Part shown: positions 9,057-17,942 of the stretch, one piece after another
Layout: every line of letters starts with the position of its first letter
Numbering within the stretch: the stretch's first letter is position 1
Virus record (IMG/VR): IMGVR_UViG_3300008448_000038
Coordinates: 1-64,000 of that record
DNA from: a virus
Length of the DNA: 64,000 bases
Direction: 5' to 3' (one strand)
Made by a program: the position numbers and the translations under genes
The notes under the pieces: generated by a model
The model's database searches: none
Seen by the model: the letters and a program-made list of their open reading frames with translations, nothing else
What the model was told of the DNA's origin: nothing

Positions 9057-9975
9057 TAGAAGCTCCAGTAGCACCGATTGGGGTCACGGGTGCTCCTCCA
9101 AAGAATTGGTTATATTGATCTGCAAAATCAAATCCTTCTGGAACTCTATTTTTTAGATCAATAGGAGTATAGTAATTAGCTGGTGCTGCTGATTCTGCTG
9201 AACCAGTTTCTTTAAATGGCTGTGCTTGTTTAAATATTTTTTCAACCACAGAAAGATTTTTAATTGGATCGTTTGGTCCAGCAGCAATATTCTGTAGAGT
9301 TTTCATCTCAAAATCTTTTACTTCTGGAGTTACATCCCCTGTTTTATACTTACCGAAAGCTTCTTGGCCGCTAGCTACGTTTAATTCTGATGCAGCTTGC
9401 GAATAATCAGTAGTTCCAAAAATTAAATCGTATACTTTAGACCCAGCTAGAGCACCGCCGCCGAAACTTCCAGCAGTTTTTAAATAGCCTTTAATGTTTG
9501 CTGTAGGAATTTCAACACCGCTTTTAAGCTTTATTTTATCTGGCAAAAGTTTATCAACAACAGAGGATTTAGTAGACTGGAATAATAATTGACCAATTAT
9601 AGAACCAGTTACAGATTTAAAATTTTCTTCCTGCTTTTTTCTAAACAACGCAGGAGAATTGGCATCTGAAGCCTGTAATGATTTGTATATCTGATCAAAT
9701 TTATCAGCCTTAGTGAAATCCATTATATCGATAAAATCTACTGAAGATTTTCCAATAGTTAAATCATCTACTGTCGATAATTTTTCTTGAGATTTTTGAA
9801 CGCCTGTAAATTTTCCATTATATGGATCTATACCCATATCACGCAAAGCTTTTGCTCTTGCGTCTTCTGTTTCTGAACTATAAGGAATTGATTCTGGTTC
9901 TGGTTCTTGAGGAATCAGAAGTTTTCTATAATCAAAATCTTCTTGTTCAACAATATACTTATCAGAAAAGTTCAT
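9031..9975 (-). CDS. Hypothetical protein (possible internal virion protein)
   Basis: 314-aa ORF in the operon; N-terminal YIVEQ resembles gp21 cleavage motifs. Confidence 0.6.
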   Translation of the reverse strand: MNFSDKYIVEQEDFDYRKLLIPQEPEPESIPYSSETEDARAKALRDMGIDPYNGKFTGVQKSQEKLSTVDDLTIGKSSVDFIDIMDFTKADKFDQIYKSLQASDANSPALFRKKQEENFKSVTGSIIGQLLFQSTKSSVVDKLLPDKIKLKSGVEIPTANIKGYLKTAGSFGGGALAGSKVYDLIFGTTDYSQAASELNVASGQEAFGKYKTGDVTPEVKDFEMKTLQNIAAGPNDPIKNLSVVEKIFKQAQPFKETGSAESAAPANYYTPIDLKNRVPEGFDFADQYNQFFGGAPVTPIGATGASNAPAKPTT

Positions 9976-10337
9976 TTTGCATAATCCATAAAAATGGTTT
10001 TATTGAACTGACTAATATTTGTTTCTTTGGCAGCATATCCTAAAATCATATGATGGGCTATAATTAATTTTTCAAGATCATTATCATTCTTGTTTAGAGT
10101 GATTGAAACCTTTTCGGGAGCCAACATTACTTCGAAATGCAAAAGCCCTCTTAAAGCAATAGCTAGATTTTTTTCGTTTAAGTGCTGTTGATTTGGATCG
10201 ACAGTTGAAATTTGTAAAGTATCGGTTTCTTCAAAATATGAAAGTAAAAATACAATATCCCGATATCCAGTTTCTACTTGAGTCCCGGATAATGTTTTAT
10301 AGTAAAAGCCTTTTGGATGTTTTTTGAAGTTTATCAT
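9972..10337 (-). CDS. Hypothetical protein
   Basis: 121-aa ORF; ATGA coupling; upstream CATAAATA box. Confidence 0.65.
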   Translation of the reverse strand: MINFKKHPKGFYYKTLSGTQVETGYRDIVFLLSYFEETDTLQISTVDPNQQHLNEKNLAIALRGLLHFEVMLAPEKVSITLNKNDNDLEKLIIAHHMILGYAAKETNISQFNKTIFMDYAK

Positions 10338-10338
10338 A

Positions 10339-11568
10339 TTAGTTCGTTATATTTATGGTTTTTCTTGAGGCAACTGCGTCGGTTGAATGTCTCACAGTAA
10401 TTTTATCTGGGAATGTGGATGTCGTATTTAAAATTACAAAAGAGCCATTTTTACCCGGAACTCCATAATATGATGTATTTGAATTTATTAAAGCTTGTTC
10501 AGTAGTATCTAAAGTTAAAGATTCAAATACTAAAGAGTATCCATAATTACTTGAGTGAGATGTATCAAATTTGTAAATTATATTTCGTCTTAGAGTGGGG
10601 AAATTGGTTAAATTATTTGCGTAAATTATTCCAATACCACTTACACTTATCTTATAAATCTGATCAAAATTGGTTCCCAAAACTACATTAGTAGCTAAAG
10701 CTGATCCGGTGTCACATGAGCCACCGACAGAGAATACATCTTCTGTATATGCAGCTGGATATTTGAATTGTCTCAAATAAGATTGTAGTTCGGTTTGATT
10801 TTCAAAACATTCAAGGAAAGTGCCTTCGCTATCGTAAAGCTTGGAAGATCCAGTTTCTGTGGCATCAGATGATTTTGAAAGATCATTAACGCCACGCATG
10901 AATACTTTAAACTGTAGCTGTTCTCCGATATAACTTTCATTAATAACAGAATCTGTTAAGAACAGAAGTTCTTCCCCGTTGTCAAGAGTTTTTACATAGG
11001 ATACGCCGATGTATCCGGGATTTAGAGTTGAGCCATCAATGCTGACAAAATCCCCGTAATATAAACCAAGATTATTGAGAAGTTCTCTTCCCAGAACATT
11101 TTTTATGACGTTGTAAGTCGTACCCGATAATCCTGAAATGCGATTGAATTGCGGAGGTTGTAAAAAATAATCTCTATTATATTTCGTTATTTGATTATCA
11201 ATATCTTCAATGGTAACTACATTGGCAATTACAATATTATTTACATAAGAATCAAAGGTGTATGTTCCACCAAGATTAGCATCAATTATTTCTGCCTCAT
11301 CTAAGTAATCAGCACCCGAAATTGTAAATGTATAACCAGCAGTCAATCCTCCGAAGAATAGACTAAGTTCTTCGAAATCACTATCTTGAAGACATTCGTT
11401 ATAGTCAATTAAAACTTTATTGAAGCTGTCAAAATAAACAAACTGAGGGCTACATTTGAGCCGTTTATTATACAAGCTATACTCATCTGATTGTAAAAGT
11501 TGGATGCCGTATAGGGTAGCACCACGCACTTCCACGAAGGCATAACTTGAGGGAGATGAAAAATGCAT
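10339..11568 (-). CDS. Putative virion structural protein
   Basis: Beta-rich composition; PTLRRNIIYKFDTSHSSNYG...GVPGKNGS motif of phage structural domains; GxT motifs. Confidence 0.6.
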   Translation of the reverse strand: MHFSSPSSYAFVEVRGATLYGIQLLQSDEYSLYNKRLKCSPQFVYFDSFNKVLIDYNECLQDSDFEELSLFFGGLTAGYTFTISGADYLDEAEIIDANLGGTYTFDSYVNNIVIANVVTIEDIDNQITKYNRDYFLQPPQFNRISGLSGTTYNVIKNVLGRELLNNLGLYYGDFVSIDGSTLNPGYIGVSYVKTLDNGEELLFLTDSVINESYIGEQLQFKVFMRGVNDLSKSSDATETGSSKLYDSEGTFLECFENQTELQSYLRQFKYPAAYTEDVFSVGGSCDTGSALATNVVLGTNFDQIYKISVSGIGIIYANNLTNFPTLRRNIIYKFDTSHSSNYGYSLVFESLTLDTTEQALINSNTSYYGVPGKNGSFVILNTTSTFPDKITVRHSTDAVASRKTINITN

Positions 11569-11571
11569 TTT

Positions 11572-12636
11572 TTAGTATGCTAGGTAATATACGGTAGTTG
11601 TAGCTGTGTCAGATTTTACGAAAAGATTATATGGGTTTGATATTTCGATGAAAAGCTTTTCACCGGGATCCATCTGGAATCCAGTTGCTCCCGTATTGCC
11701 AGTGACATAGACTGAGTATCTATTTGACGCGGCTGACTTAATTTGTACTCCATAGGTTACCCCGATACTTGTGATTGAGGTAAGTCTTTGGAAGGAAGTT
11801 GTAGTAGCCAAGGAACCCGTTGATACTGTGGATACCAACTCAGGCATGGTCTTGATCTTTCCTGTACCACCAGAAAGATAAGATGAAATATTAGCTACAT
11901 TTGTGTTTATAGTATTTCCAAGATATGCGGCATTTGTGCTTATCGTGGATAGTGTAGATTCAATGGTTGTTCCAGTTACAATTACTGGATTTCCACCCGT
12001 ATAACCTTGAATCTTAAGGGGTGATGAAACGTCGTTGATAACCGCAACCGTAGATGCTAAGTTTGCGGTGATGCTGAAGGATCCTCCAGCCAACGAAACG
12101 TAAAGGGCATTCACACCAGTGCTTGTGTCAATCGATGCGGAGGCGGTGGTATTACCGCCAATTATCCTCGAAAATATCGGAAAAGCAACACTGGCTGACT
12201 GAACGTAACCACCTCCACCCGTAGTGAAGGTATCGGCAAGAGTATTTACTAGAACACCAAATGTAGTACCAGATCCTGTATTAAGAGAATTTGAAATGGT
12301 TGTTAGCTTGGTGTTTGCCCCAGAATCAGTAACTGAAACTGCGGCTCCAGAAATACCAGCAACTTCAAGATATGTGCCAGAAACATTTCTGACATAGGCG
12401 TTTGATATTGCATTTAAAGTAAGTCCACCTGTAATTCCGTATAGAGAAACGGGAAGTGGACTTGTAGCACTCACTCTATTAGTTGTAGTATCACTTCCCC
12501 ATGCAATTTTATTTACTTGAACATGGTGGGTGAGGAATGTGCCAGCGTCCCCGGTAGTGCCATAATCCGTGGCGATGCTTGCAGTATTTCCTCCAGATGC
12601 TACAATAGTTACATTGTCGTCAGTATCAGCTGCCAT
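11572..12636 (-). CDS. Putative virion structural or fibre protein (S/T/G-rich)
   Basis: S/T/G-rich, about 13 GxT motifs; C-terminal GVQIKSAASN..VYV..GFQMDPGEKLFIEI beta domain; SD GGAG upstream. Confidence 0.65.
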   Translation of the reverse strand: MAADTDDNVTIVASGGNTASIATDYGTTGDAGTFLTHHVQVNKIAWGSDTTTNRVSATSPLPVSLYGITGGLTLNAISNAYVRNVSGTYLEVAGISGAAVSVTDSGANTKLTTISNSLNTGSGTTFGVLVNTLADTFTTGGGGYVQSASVAFPIFSRIIGGNTTASASIDTSTGVNALYVSLAGGSFSITANLASTVAVINDVSSPLKIQGYTGGNPVIVTGTTIESTLSTISTNAAYLGNTINTNVANISSYLSGGTGKIKTMPELVSTVSTGSLATTTSFQRLTSITSIGVTYGVQIKSAASNRYSVYVTGNTGATGFQMDPGEKLFIEISNPYNLFVKSDTATTTVYYLAY

Positions 12637-12671
12637 TTTATCTCCAGTTTCAGTAATATATAGGTTATATA

Positions 12672-12899
12672 ATGCTCATAGACATCTCACACAAAAATGA
12701 ATTTTCCAAAAAAGTGGAAGATTATGTGCTTAAACACAATTCAAGCTATTTGGATGCTGTTCTTAACACAGCACAAGAATATAATATCGAACCGGAAGCA
12801 GCTGCAAAGCTGATTTCTAAACCGATAATCGAAAAGCTTTCGGCTGAAGGCAAGGAACTAAATCTTGTTAAAAACAACAAGTCTAGACTTCCTTTTTAA
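12672..12899 (+). CDS. 33: Late transcription coactivator gp33
   Basis: FSKKVE..V....SYLDAV......IEPE...KLISKPIIEKL..E...LN pattern; directly upstream of gp32. Confidence 0.85.
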   Translation: MLIDISHKNEFSKKVEDYVLKHNSSYLDAVLNTAQEYNIEPEAAAKLISKPIIEKLSAEGKELNLVKNNKSRLPF

Positions 12900-12928
12900 A
12901 TTCTTTACTGTATCATACTCTCATTAGG

Positions 12929-12945
12929 CCAAGGTAGTCCCTTGG
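12929..12945 (+). promoter_or_regulatory. Hairpin in the gp32 leader (candidate translational operator)
   Basis: CCAAGG-TAGTC-CCTTGG ending 13 nt before the gp32 ATG. Confidence 0.45.
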
Positions 12946-12958
12946 GGAAAGGTTTTAT

Positions 12959-13825
12959 ATGTCAAATTTCAGTGATTTCAAAAAGCGTTCTAAGTCAAGC
13001 ATCGAAGATCTAACCAAGAAGATTGAGGATCTAAACAAGGAAGCATCCTACAAGGATGATCGATTCTGGAAGCCAGAAGTCGATAAGGCTGGTAATGGCT
13101 ATGCCGTTATTCGCTTCCTCCCTGCTGCTCCCGGAGAAGACATTCCATGGGCTAAGGTTTACTCACATGCCTTCCAAGGCAAGGGTGGCTGGCTCATTGA
13201 GAATTGCCCAACCACGATTGGTCAGAAGTGCCCAATCTGCGAAGGCAACAGCGAACTCTGGAACAGCGGTATCGAAAAGGACAAGGATATCGCTCGTAAT
13301 CGTAAGCGCAAGCTTTCTTACATCTCAAACATCCTAGTTGTTAGCGACCCAGCCAACCCAGCCAACGATGGTAAGATGTTCCTCTATAAGTATGGCACCA
13401 AGATCTTTGGTAAGATTCAGGAGTCCATGCAGCCCCAGTTCAAGGATGAGGAAGCCATCAACCCATTCGACTTCTGGAAGGGTGCTAACTTCAAGTTGAA
13501 GATTCGTAAGGTTGCTGGATTCATCAATTACGATAAGTCTGAGTTTGATTCTCAGTCAGAACTCTATCGCGGTGACGATGAAAAGCTTGAATCGCTTTGG
13601 AAGAATCTAAACAAGCTTAATGAGTTTGTCAATCCGACTGAGTTCAAGACTTACGAAGACCTCAAGAAGAAGATGAATGATGTTCTTGGTGGGGACCTTC
13701 GTGACATCGGTGCTCAGTCAAAGACTATTGAGGATGAAGATACCCCATCAACTCCTAAGCGGTCTGGTCCTTCAGATTCAGAGGATGCGATGGCATACTT
13801 CGAACGTCTGTCTCGGGAAAATTAA
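12959..13825 (+). CDS. 32: ssDNA-binding protein gp32
   Basis: DDRFWKPEVDKAGNGYAVIRFLP, HAFQG.GGW.IENC.TT...CPICE, NPFDFWKGANFKLKIR, acidic tail ending YFERLSRE. Confidence 0.97.
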   Translation: MSNFSDFKKRSKSSIEDLTKKIEDLNKEASYKDDRFWKPEVDKAGNGYAVIRFLPAAPGEDIPWAKVYSHAFQGKGGWLIENCPTTIGQKCPICEGNSELWNSGIEKDKDIARNRKRKLSYISNILVVSDPANPANDGKMFLYKYGTKIFGKIQESMQPQFKDEEAINPFDFWKGANFKLKIRKVAGFINYDKSEFDSQSELYRGDDEKLESLWKNLNKLNEFVNPTEFKTYEDLKKKMNDVLGGDLRDIGAQSKTIEDEDTPSTPKRSGPSDSEDAMAYFERLSREN

Positions 13826-14589
13826 TAACTTAAAGTTCTCCAACTAACGTCAAGAACTTTCTGCATCTGCAATATCAACCCGGAGTCGCCAATACTATTG
13901 AGGCTCCGGGTTGATTGTTCATTGCGGTTTGGTTGAATTGGTCTTTGACCAAGAACGGCTGGAATTGAGGGTGCTGATGCAGCCTCTGATTTGTCTGAAA
14001 TAAATTGTTGTGGATCAAATTTTTCTTGATTGATCTTAATAGGATTTCCGGATTGAATTGTTTTCAATTCCTGAATTTTCTGCATAACGACTTCTTCAAG
14101 ATCTTCCTTTTGCTCGTAAATTGAAAGCTGTTCAGATCTAGTTTCAACCTTGATCTTGTCTTGCTCAGGCATATTTCTTTCAGCCTGACGCTCTTTCTTT
14201 TCTTGTACCGATAGTTCCTTCTCCTTAGTTTTTACTTTAGCTTCTTTGATCTTTGGAGGAGGTGGAGTTTTTTCTTCAATTTCTTTTGGTACAACTTCAG
14301 TTACCTTTTCATTTGATGCTTCTTCATTTTCATTTTTTTCACCAGTAACATCATTAGTAGTCTTTACTGGTTCGGCTTCAGTCTTGTAGCTAGATTTTTT
14401 ATTTGAGAGTTCAGTTTCTATCTCCTGAAGTCTTTTATCATAAGCCTCTTGAGTAATTTTTTTATTATCAAGATCTTCTAATAGTTGCTCCTTTTCCTTT
14501 TCCAATAGATTGGTGTCATCTTCTGGCTTTGAAGATGTCTCGGTGAGCATCATTTTAAAGAAGTTGGTTGGCTTAGGTTCTTCGTTCAT
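13822..14589 (-). CDS. Charged low-complexity protein in the tape-measure position
   Basis: 255 aa, E/K-rich; follows tube-like gene, gp26 and gp51 with ATGA coupling; function inferred from synteny only. Confidence 0.45.
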   Translation of the reverse strand: MNEEPKPTNFFKMMLTETSSKPEDDTNLLEKEKEQLLEDLDNKKITQEAYDKRLQEIETELSNKKSSYKTEAEPVKTTNDVTGEKNENEEASNEKVTEVVPKEIEEKTPPPPKIKEAKVKTKEKELSVQEKKERQAERNMPEQDKIKVETRSEQLSIYEQKEDLEEVVMQKIQELKTIQSGNPIKINQEKFDPQQFISDKSEAASAPSIPAVLGQRPIQPNRNEQSTRSLNSIGDSGLILQMQKVLDVSWRTLSY

Positions 14590-14786
14590 GATAATTCGTT
14601 ATATCCTTTTGCTGATGCTGCTTTAAGTTTTTTCTCTGTCTGATATGCTTTGATCTGTGATATGAAAACGTCAAGTTCCCACGGAATCATTCTTTCAATC
14701 TCGGATAGCGGAAGATCATGCTTGTAGATAAGATTGAAAAATTTTACATACTTATCTACTAAATTTTCACTATCGAGAATTAAGAA
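14586..14786 (-). CDS. 51: gp51-like hub/tail assembly chaperone domain in the -1 frame of gp26 (no start codon of its own)
   Basis: Manual translation FLILDSENLVDKYVKFFNLIYKHDLPLSEIERMIPWELDVFISQIKAYQTEKKLKAASAKGYNELS*; LSEIERMIPWE is the gp51-family motif. Confidence 0.75.
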   Translation of the reverse strand, partial: FLILDSENLVDKYVKFFNLIYKHDLPLSEIERMIPWELDVFISQIKAYQTEKKLKAASAKGYNELS

Positions 14787-15451
14787 AAAAAACGCAGATG
14801 TTCTCCAATAATTGCTGTTCTTGAAACTCCGTCAGAAGTTGTATAGCCAACTTCAAAATAAATTTCTGGATTGTTTTCTATAAAATCCTTTATTTTATTG
14901 TATTCATCGATTTTTAAATTCTTAAGAACTTCAACTCTTTCCTCAAGAGGAAGATTATCCATAATGAAATACTCATCTTGTTTTTCAAATGATTTAATAT
15001 GTAAAGCAACCTTTTCTTCGACTGTAAGCTCTGAAGAGATACAATCTTTGGCTTTAATACTTTCAAAGGTAACTACTTCTCCATTACCAATCATTAAAGT
15101 CTTGCCTTCAATGAGACTTATCTTATGATCTAAAACATTTAGACTAATCTTATGCTTTTCCTGAGTAGTTGGGCAAGTTATTTCCAGATCTAATTGTTCC
15201 CCCATTGACTTTGCTCTTAGAAATAAAAAGCATTGTTCCACTAAAGCGAGTTCAGCTTTAGGACTAAGTGGCATATCATAACAATCATTAATTAAATCCA
15301 TCACAGTTTTGATTACTAGATCATTTCTGGATTCTTCTTTTATGATCGCAAGATTTTTTTCATCTTTTACTAAGAACGGTCTAAAATATTGTTCTTTGCC
15401 ATTTAGTAATTTTGCTTTGTACTTTGGTAATCTTTTTTCAAAATATGACAT
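14780..15451 (-). CDS. 26: Baseplate hub subunit/assembly chaperone gp26-like
   Basis: LPKY, FRPFLVKDEK, FLFLRAKSMGE, CP; ends LRFFS. Confidence 0.85.
   Translation of the reverse strand: MSYFEKRLPKYKAKLLNGKEQYFRPFLVKDEKNLAIIKEESRNDLVIKTVMDLINDCYDMPLSPKAELALVEQCFLFLRAKSMGEQLDLEITCPTTQEKHKISLNVLDHKISLIEGKTLMIGNGEVVTFESIKAKDCISSELTVEEKVALHIKSFEKQDEYFIMDNLPLEERVEVLKNLKIDEYNKIKDFIENNPEIYFEVGYTTSDGVSRTAIIGEHLRFFS
14785..14792 (-). other. Candidate -1 ribosomal frameshift slippery site (T8)
   Basis: CGT TTT TTT TCT TAA at the end of gp26; a -1 slip enters the gp51 frame. Confidence 0.6.
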
Positions 15452-15458
15452 ATATTCC

Positions 15459-16031
15459 TCAATTATTTTTAAATGTATAAGTTCTAAAATTAAATTCTAC
15501 CGTTGCAAACATAACAGCATTTTTTTCTGTTTCTCCGAATTGTAGTGGGAAAATGCCGATTGGATAAGCCTCTGAAAATATAAAAGTTGATGATATTTTA
15601 TCTTGTAAGTTTAGAGTGGCTACTATAACCTGACCCAAAATAGATGTATAATCATTTACATAGGTATATCGATTACCCGCAAATCCAGTACCGCTTCCAT
15701 TTAGCTTAGATCCATCATTGACGATATCTTCGACCCAGTCATTAATGGCTTTGTAATTAGTCCACTTAGCATCAATGGCCATAGTCATCAACAATGAACT
15801 TGTTTTATCATAGTCAAAGTTGATTGGAACATTTCTACCAATGTTTGGTCCAGTAGTAAAATCACCAATAACACCTACTGATTTGTTTGGGAATTGAACA
15901 GAAAATATCGGAATGGAATTGGCGACTTCTTGGCCGTTTCTTGTAATGCTTACTTCAAAGCGATTGCTTCTCTGAAGTCCATAAGTTTCTACCTTATTTT
16001 TTATGTAATTAATTGAGCTGTTAATTTGCAT
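15459..16031 (-). CDS. Tail tube-fold protein (gp54-like tube initiator)
   Basis: GLQRSNRFEV, INDWVEDI, FSEAYPIGI..LQF, VEFNFR motifs of the gp19/gp54 family. Confidence 0.75.
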   Translation of the reverse strand: MQINSSINYIKNKVETYGLQRSNRFEVSITRNGQEVANSIPIFSVQFPNKSVGVIGDFTTGPNIGRNVPINFDYDKTSSLLMTMAIDAKWTNYKAINDWVEDIVNDGSKLNGSGTGFAGNRYTYVNDYTSILGQVIVATLNLQDKISSTFIFSEAYPIGIFPLQFGETEKNAVMFATVEFNFRTYTFKNN

Positions 16032-16458
16032 TGAATAGCGTCTTTTCTGTTAAAATTTTGAACTTCCAATTATTTTTTTCACATAAAACCTTAGTAGCAT
16101 TCCATTTGGCTTCGTTAACTAAATATTGAATCTTTGCTTCCATATAAGTTTTTGTAGCCTTTTTTTTCTTTTCGGGACTTTTTGTTTGTTTGACTGGCTT
16201 GACTTCTATTATAAAGACTTGTTCTTTACCATTTTCTTCTGTTAGAATTATGAAGTCTGGATAATAAGTATGTACTTTTTTGTCAATTGGAGAAAGATAT
16301 GGAATTTTTATTTTTTCATATCCCCACTTCTTGACGGTTGCAGTCTCGTCTAGATATTTACAAAACTTTCTTTCCCACAAGGATTTCGTATAAACATGCG
16401 TAGTTCCACCCATGTATTTATGGGGATTGGAAAGCAAAATTTTTGTTTTATACGGCAT
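16021..16458 (-). CDS. 4: Head completion protein gp4 (TnsA-like nuclease fold)
   Basis: NPHKYMG, SLWERKFCKYLD, IPYLSPID...TYYPDF, IEVKP, NEAKW; start moved to MPYK. Confidence 0.9.
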   Translation of the reverse strand: MPYKTKILLSNPHKYMGGTTHVYTKSLWERKFCKYLDETATVKKWGYEKIKIPYLSPIDKKVHTYYPDFIILTEENGKEQVFIIEVKPVKQTKSPEKKKKATKTYMEAKIQYLVNEAKWNATKVLCEKNNWKFKILTEKTLFNAN

Positions 16459-16462
16459 ACAA

Positions 16463-16474
16463 TATCTATACATA
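16463..16474. promoter_or_regulatory. Back-to-back late-type promoters (TATAGATA on minus for gp4; TATACATA on plus for gp48)
   Basis: The 20-bp divergent intergenic region holds two TATAAATA-like boxes, each 4 nt from its ATG. Confidence 0.65.
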
Positions 16475-16478
16475 AAGC

Positions 16479-17240
16479 ATGGGAGTTTATAGATATCCAT
16501 TAGCATATGCAGCCGAAAATCCATTCTGGATTTACTTTTCTGCTGCCGATTACTCAGTCCGAGCACAGAATAGAACTAGGGCTGGAGTGGCTTCTAGAGC
16601 TGTCGAAACAGTTATATTGCCATTGCCTATGAACTATGATCTAGAAACAAAGCATACATTCAATGAAGAACTTAGCTTTGTTGGTCCCCACCTTAGCGTT
16701 GCTGGTATGGCAAATGCGGGTGGTCCATTGGCTCTGACTGAGCGTATAGCCTCTTCTGTCTTTGGTTTTGTGGAGCCATTAGTTGCCACGGAAACGTACA
16801 GAAGATTTTCAAATATTACTGAACTGTCGTTATTATCAGAAGCTAGACGGCAATTTAGATTTCAATATCTATTTGTTCCAAAGAATGCTCAGGAAGCCGA
16901 TGTTGTGTGGTCCATTTGCGATTTATTTAATACCATGTCTTATCCAGTTACTGGTGGAGTTCCAGAAAAGGCATATCCACCACCTCTATGGAGAATAGCA
17001 GGCAATAATTATAGAGTTACCTCTCAATGGCTACAAGAACCTTTAGTATGTGTATTGGGCGCGGTTGCAGTAAGCCCTATTCCACAGCAGGATGCTTATG
17101 TTCCTCGTTATAGAATAGACGGAAGTCCAGTAGCCACTAGACTGTCATTGACCTTTATGGAATTCGAACCCGGTACAAGAGTTCCCGGTGCTCTTGGTGG
17201 TATCAGAAGCAAGTCTGAAATTGCAGCAGGATTAGGCTAA
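16479..17240 (+). CDS. 48: Baseplate tail-tube cap gp48-like
   Basis: YRYPL, ILPLP, RQFRFQYLFVPKNAQEA..V..I...F....YP, CVL..V.V, LSLTFMEFE. Confidence 0.8.
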   Translation: MGVYRYPLAYAAENPFWIYFSAADYSVRAQNRTRAGVASRAVETVILPLPMNYDLETKHTFNEELSFVGPHLSVAGMANAGGPLALTERIASSVFGFVEPLVATETYRRFSNITELSLLSEARRQFRFQYLFVPKNAQEADVVWSICDLFNTMSYPVTGGVPEKAYPPPLWRIAGNNYRVTSQWLQEPLVCVLGAVAVSPIPQQDAYVPRYRIDGSPVATRLSLTFMEFEPGTRVPGALGGIRSKSEIAAGLG

Positions 17241-17941
17241 TGAAACTTAATATCAAAAATACTTTTACTTTATCAAAAATTGAAGGTAATAAAGATATCA
17301 AAATAGCAGATATCTTTGGTAAGATTAAGTTACCAGATGTAGTGGAAGAATCTTTTAGACCATCTGAATACTTTTCACCGGAACAAGTTTCTTATGCAAA
17401 ATATGGAGATTCAAATAGAAGTTTTCAAATATTACAAAAATCAAAGATTGTAAATCCAAAATCAGATTTACCAAAAACAAAATACTTTATTACTAAAGAA
17501 TTAAATTCTGTTTATTATATTTTAAACGCTCTTCCTAATTTACAGGTCGGTGATATCATTGTCAAAAAAGTAGGATCATTTTTTGATCCAACTAATAATT
17601 TTTTTGTAATAACTTCTATACAAAGATTAACAGATTCTACAGATAACATTGCTATTTCTACAAAATACAAAGGAAAATTACTTGCGACCGATGCTGTGCA
17701 AGTGATAAGAAATGGTGCTATCTTTTACGACGATGCTACTATAACCCAAAGTAGCACTAAAAATAAATTTCCTCTTAACTTCGTATCAGATGATGGTGGT
17801 AAGGTACAAAAGTATAATCCAACACTCATTAATTCACATTTCTCTGGAACAAAATCTCAATACGCATTTGCAGATACATATTCGTCAACCCAAAGTCAAG
17901 CATCAAGCGATCTAAGTACATTTACATTGAACAGACTATAA
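17240..17941 (+). CDS. 53: Baseplate wedge protein gp53-like
   Basis: PEQVSYAKYGD.....IL....IVNP..DLP LysM-like motif; position after gp48. Confidence 0.65.
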   Translation: MKLNIKNTFTLSKIEGNKDIKIADIFGKIKLPDVVEESFRPSEYFSPEQVSYAKYGDSNRSFQILQKSKIVNPKSDLPKTKYFITKELNSVYYILNALPNLQVGDIIVKKVGSFFDPTNNFFVITSIQRLTDSTDNIAISTKYKGKLLATDAVQVIRNGAIFYDDATITQSSTKNKFPLNFVSDDGGKVQKYNPTLINSHFSGTKSQYAFADTYSSTQSQASSDLSTFTLNRL

Positions 17942-17942
17942 T

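Noticed and set aside
16021-16458. TnsA-like transposase or homing endonuclease
   Set aside because: Motifs and position match T4 gp4 head-completion protein
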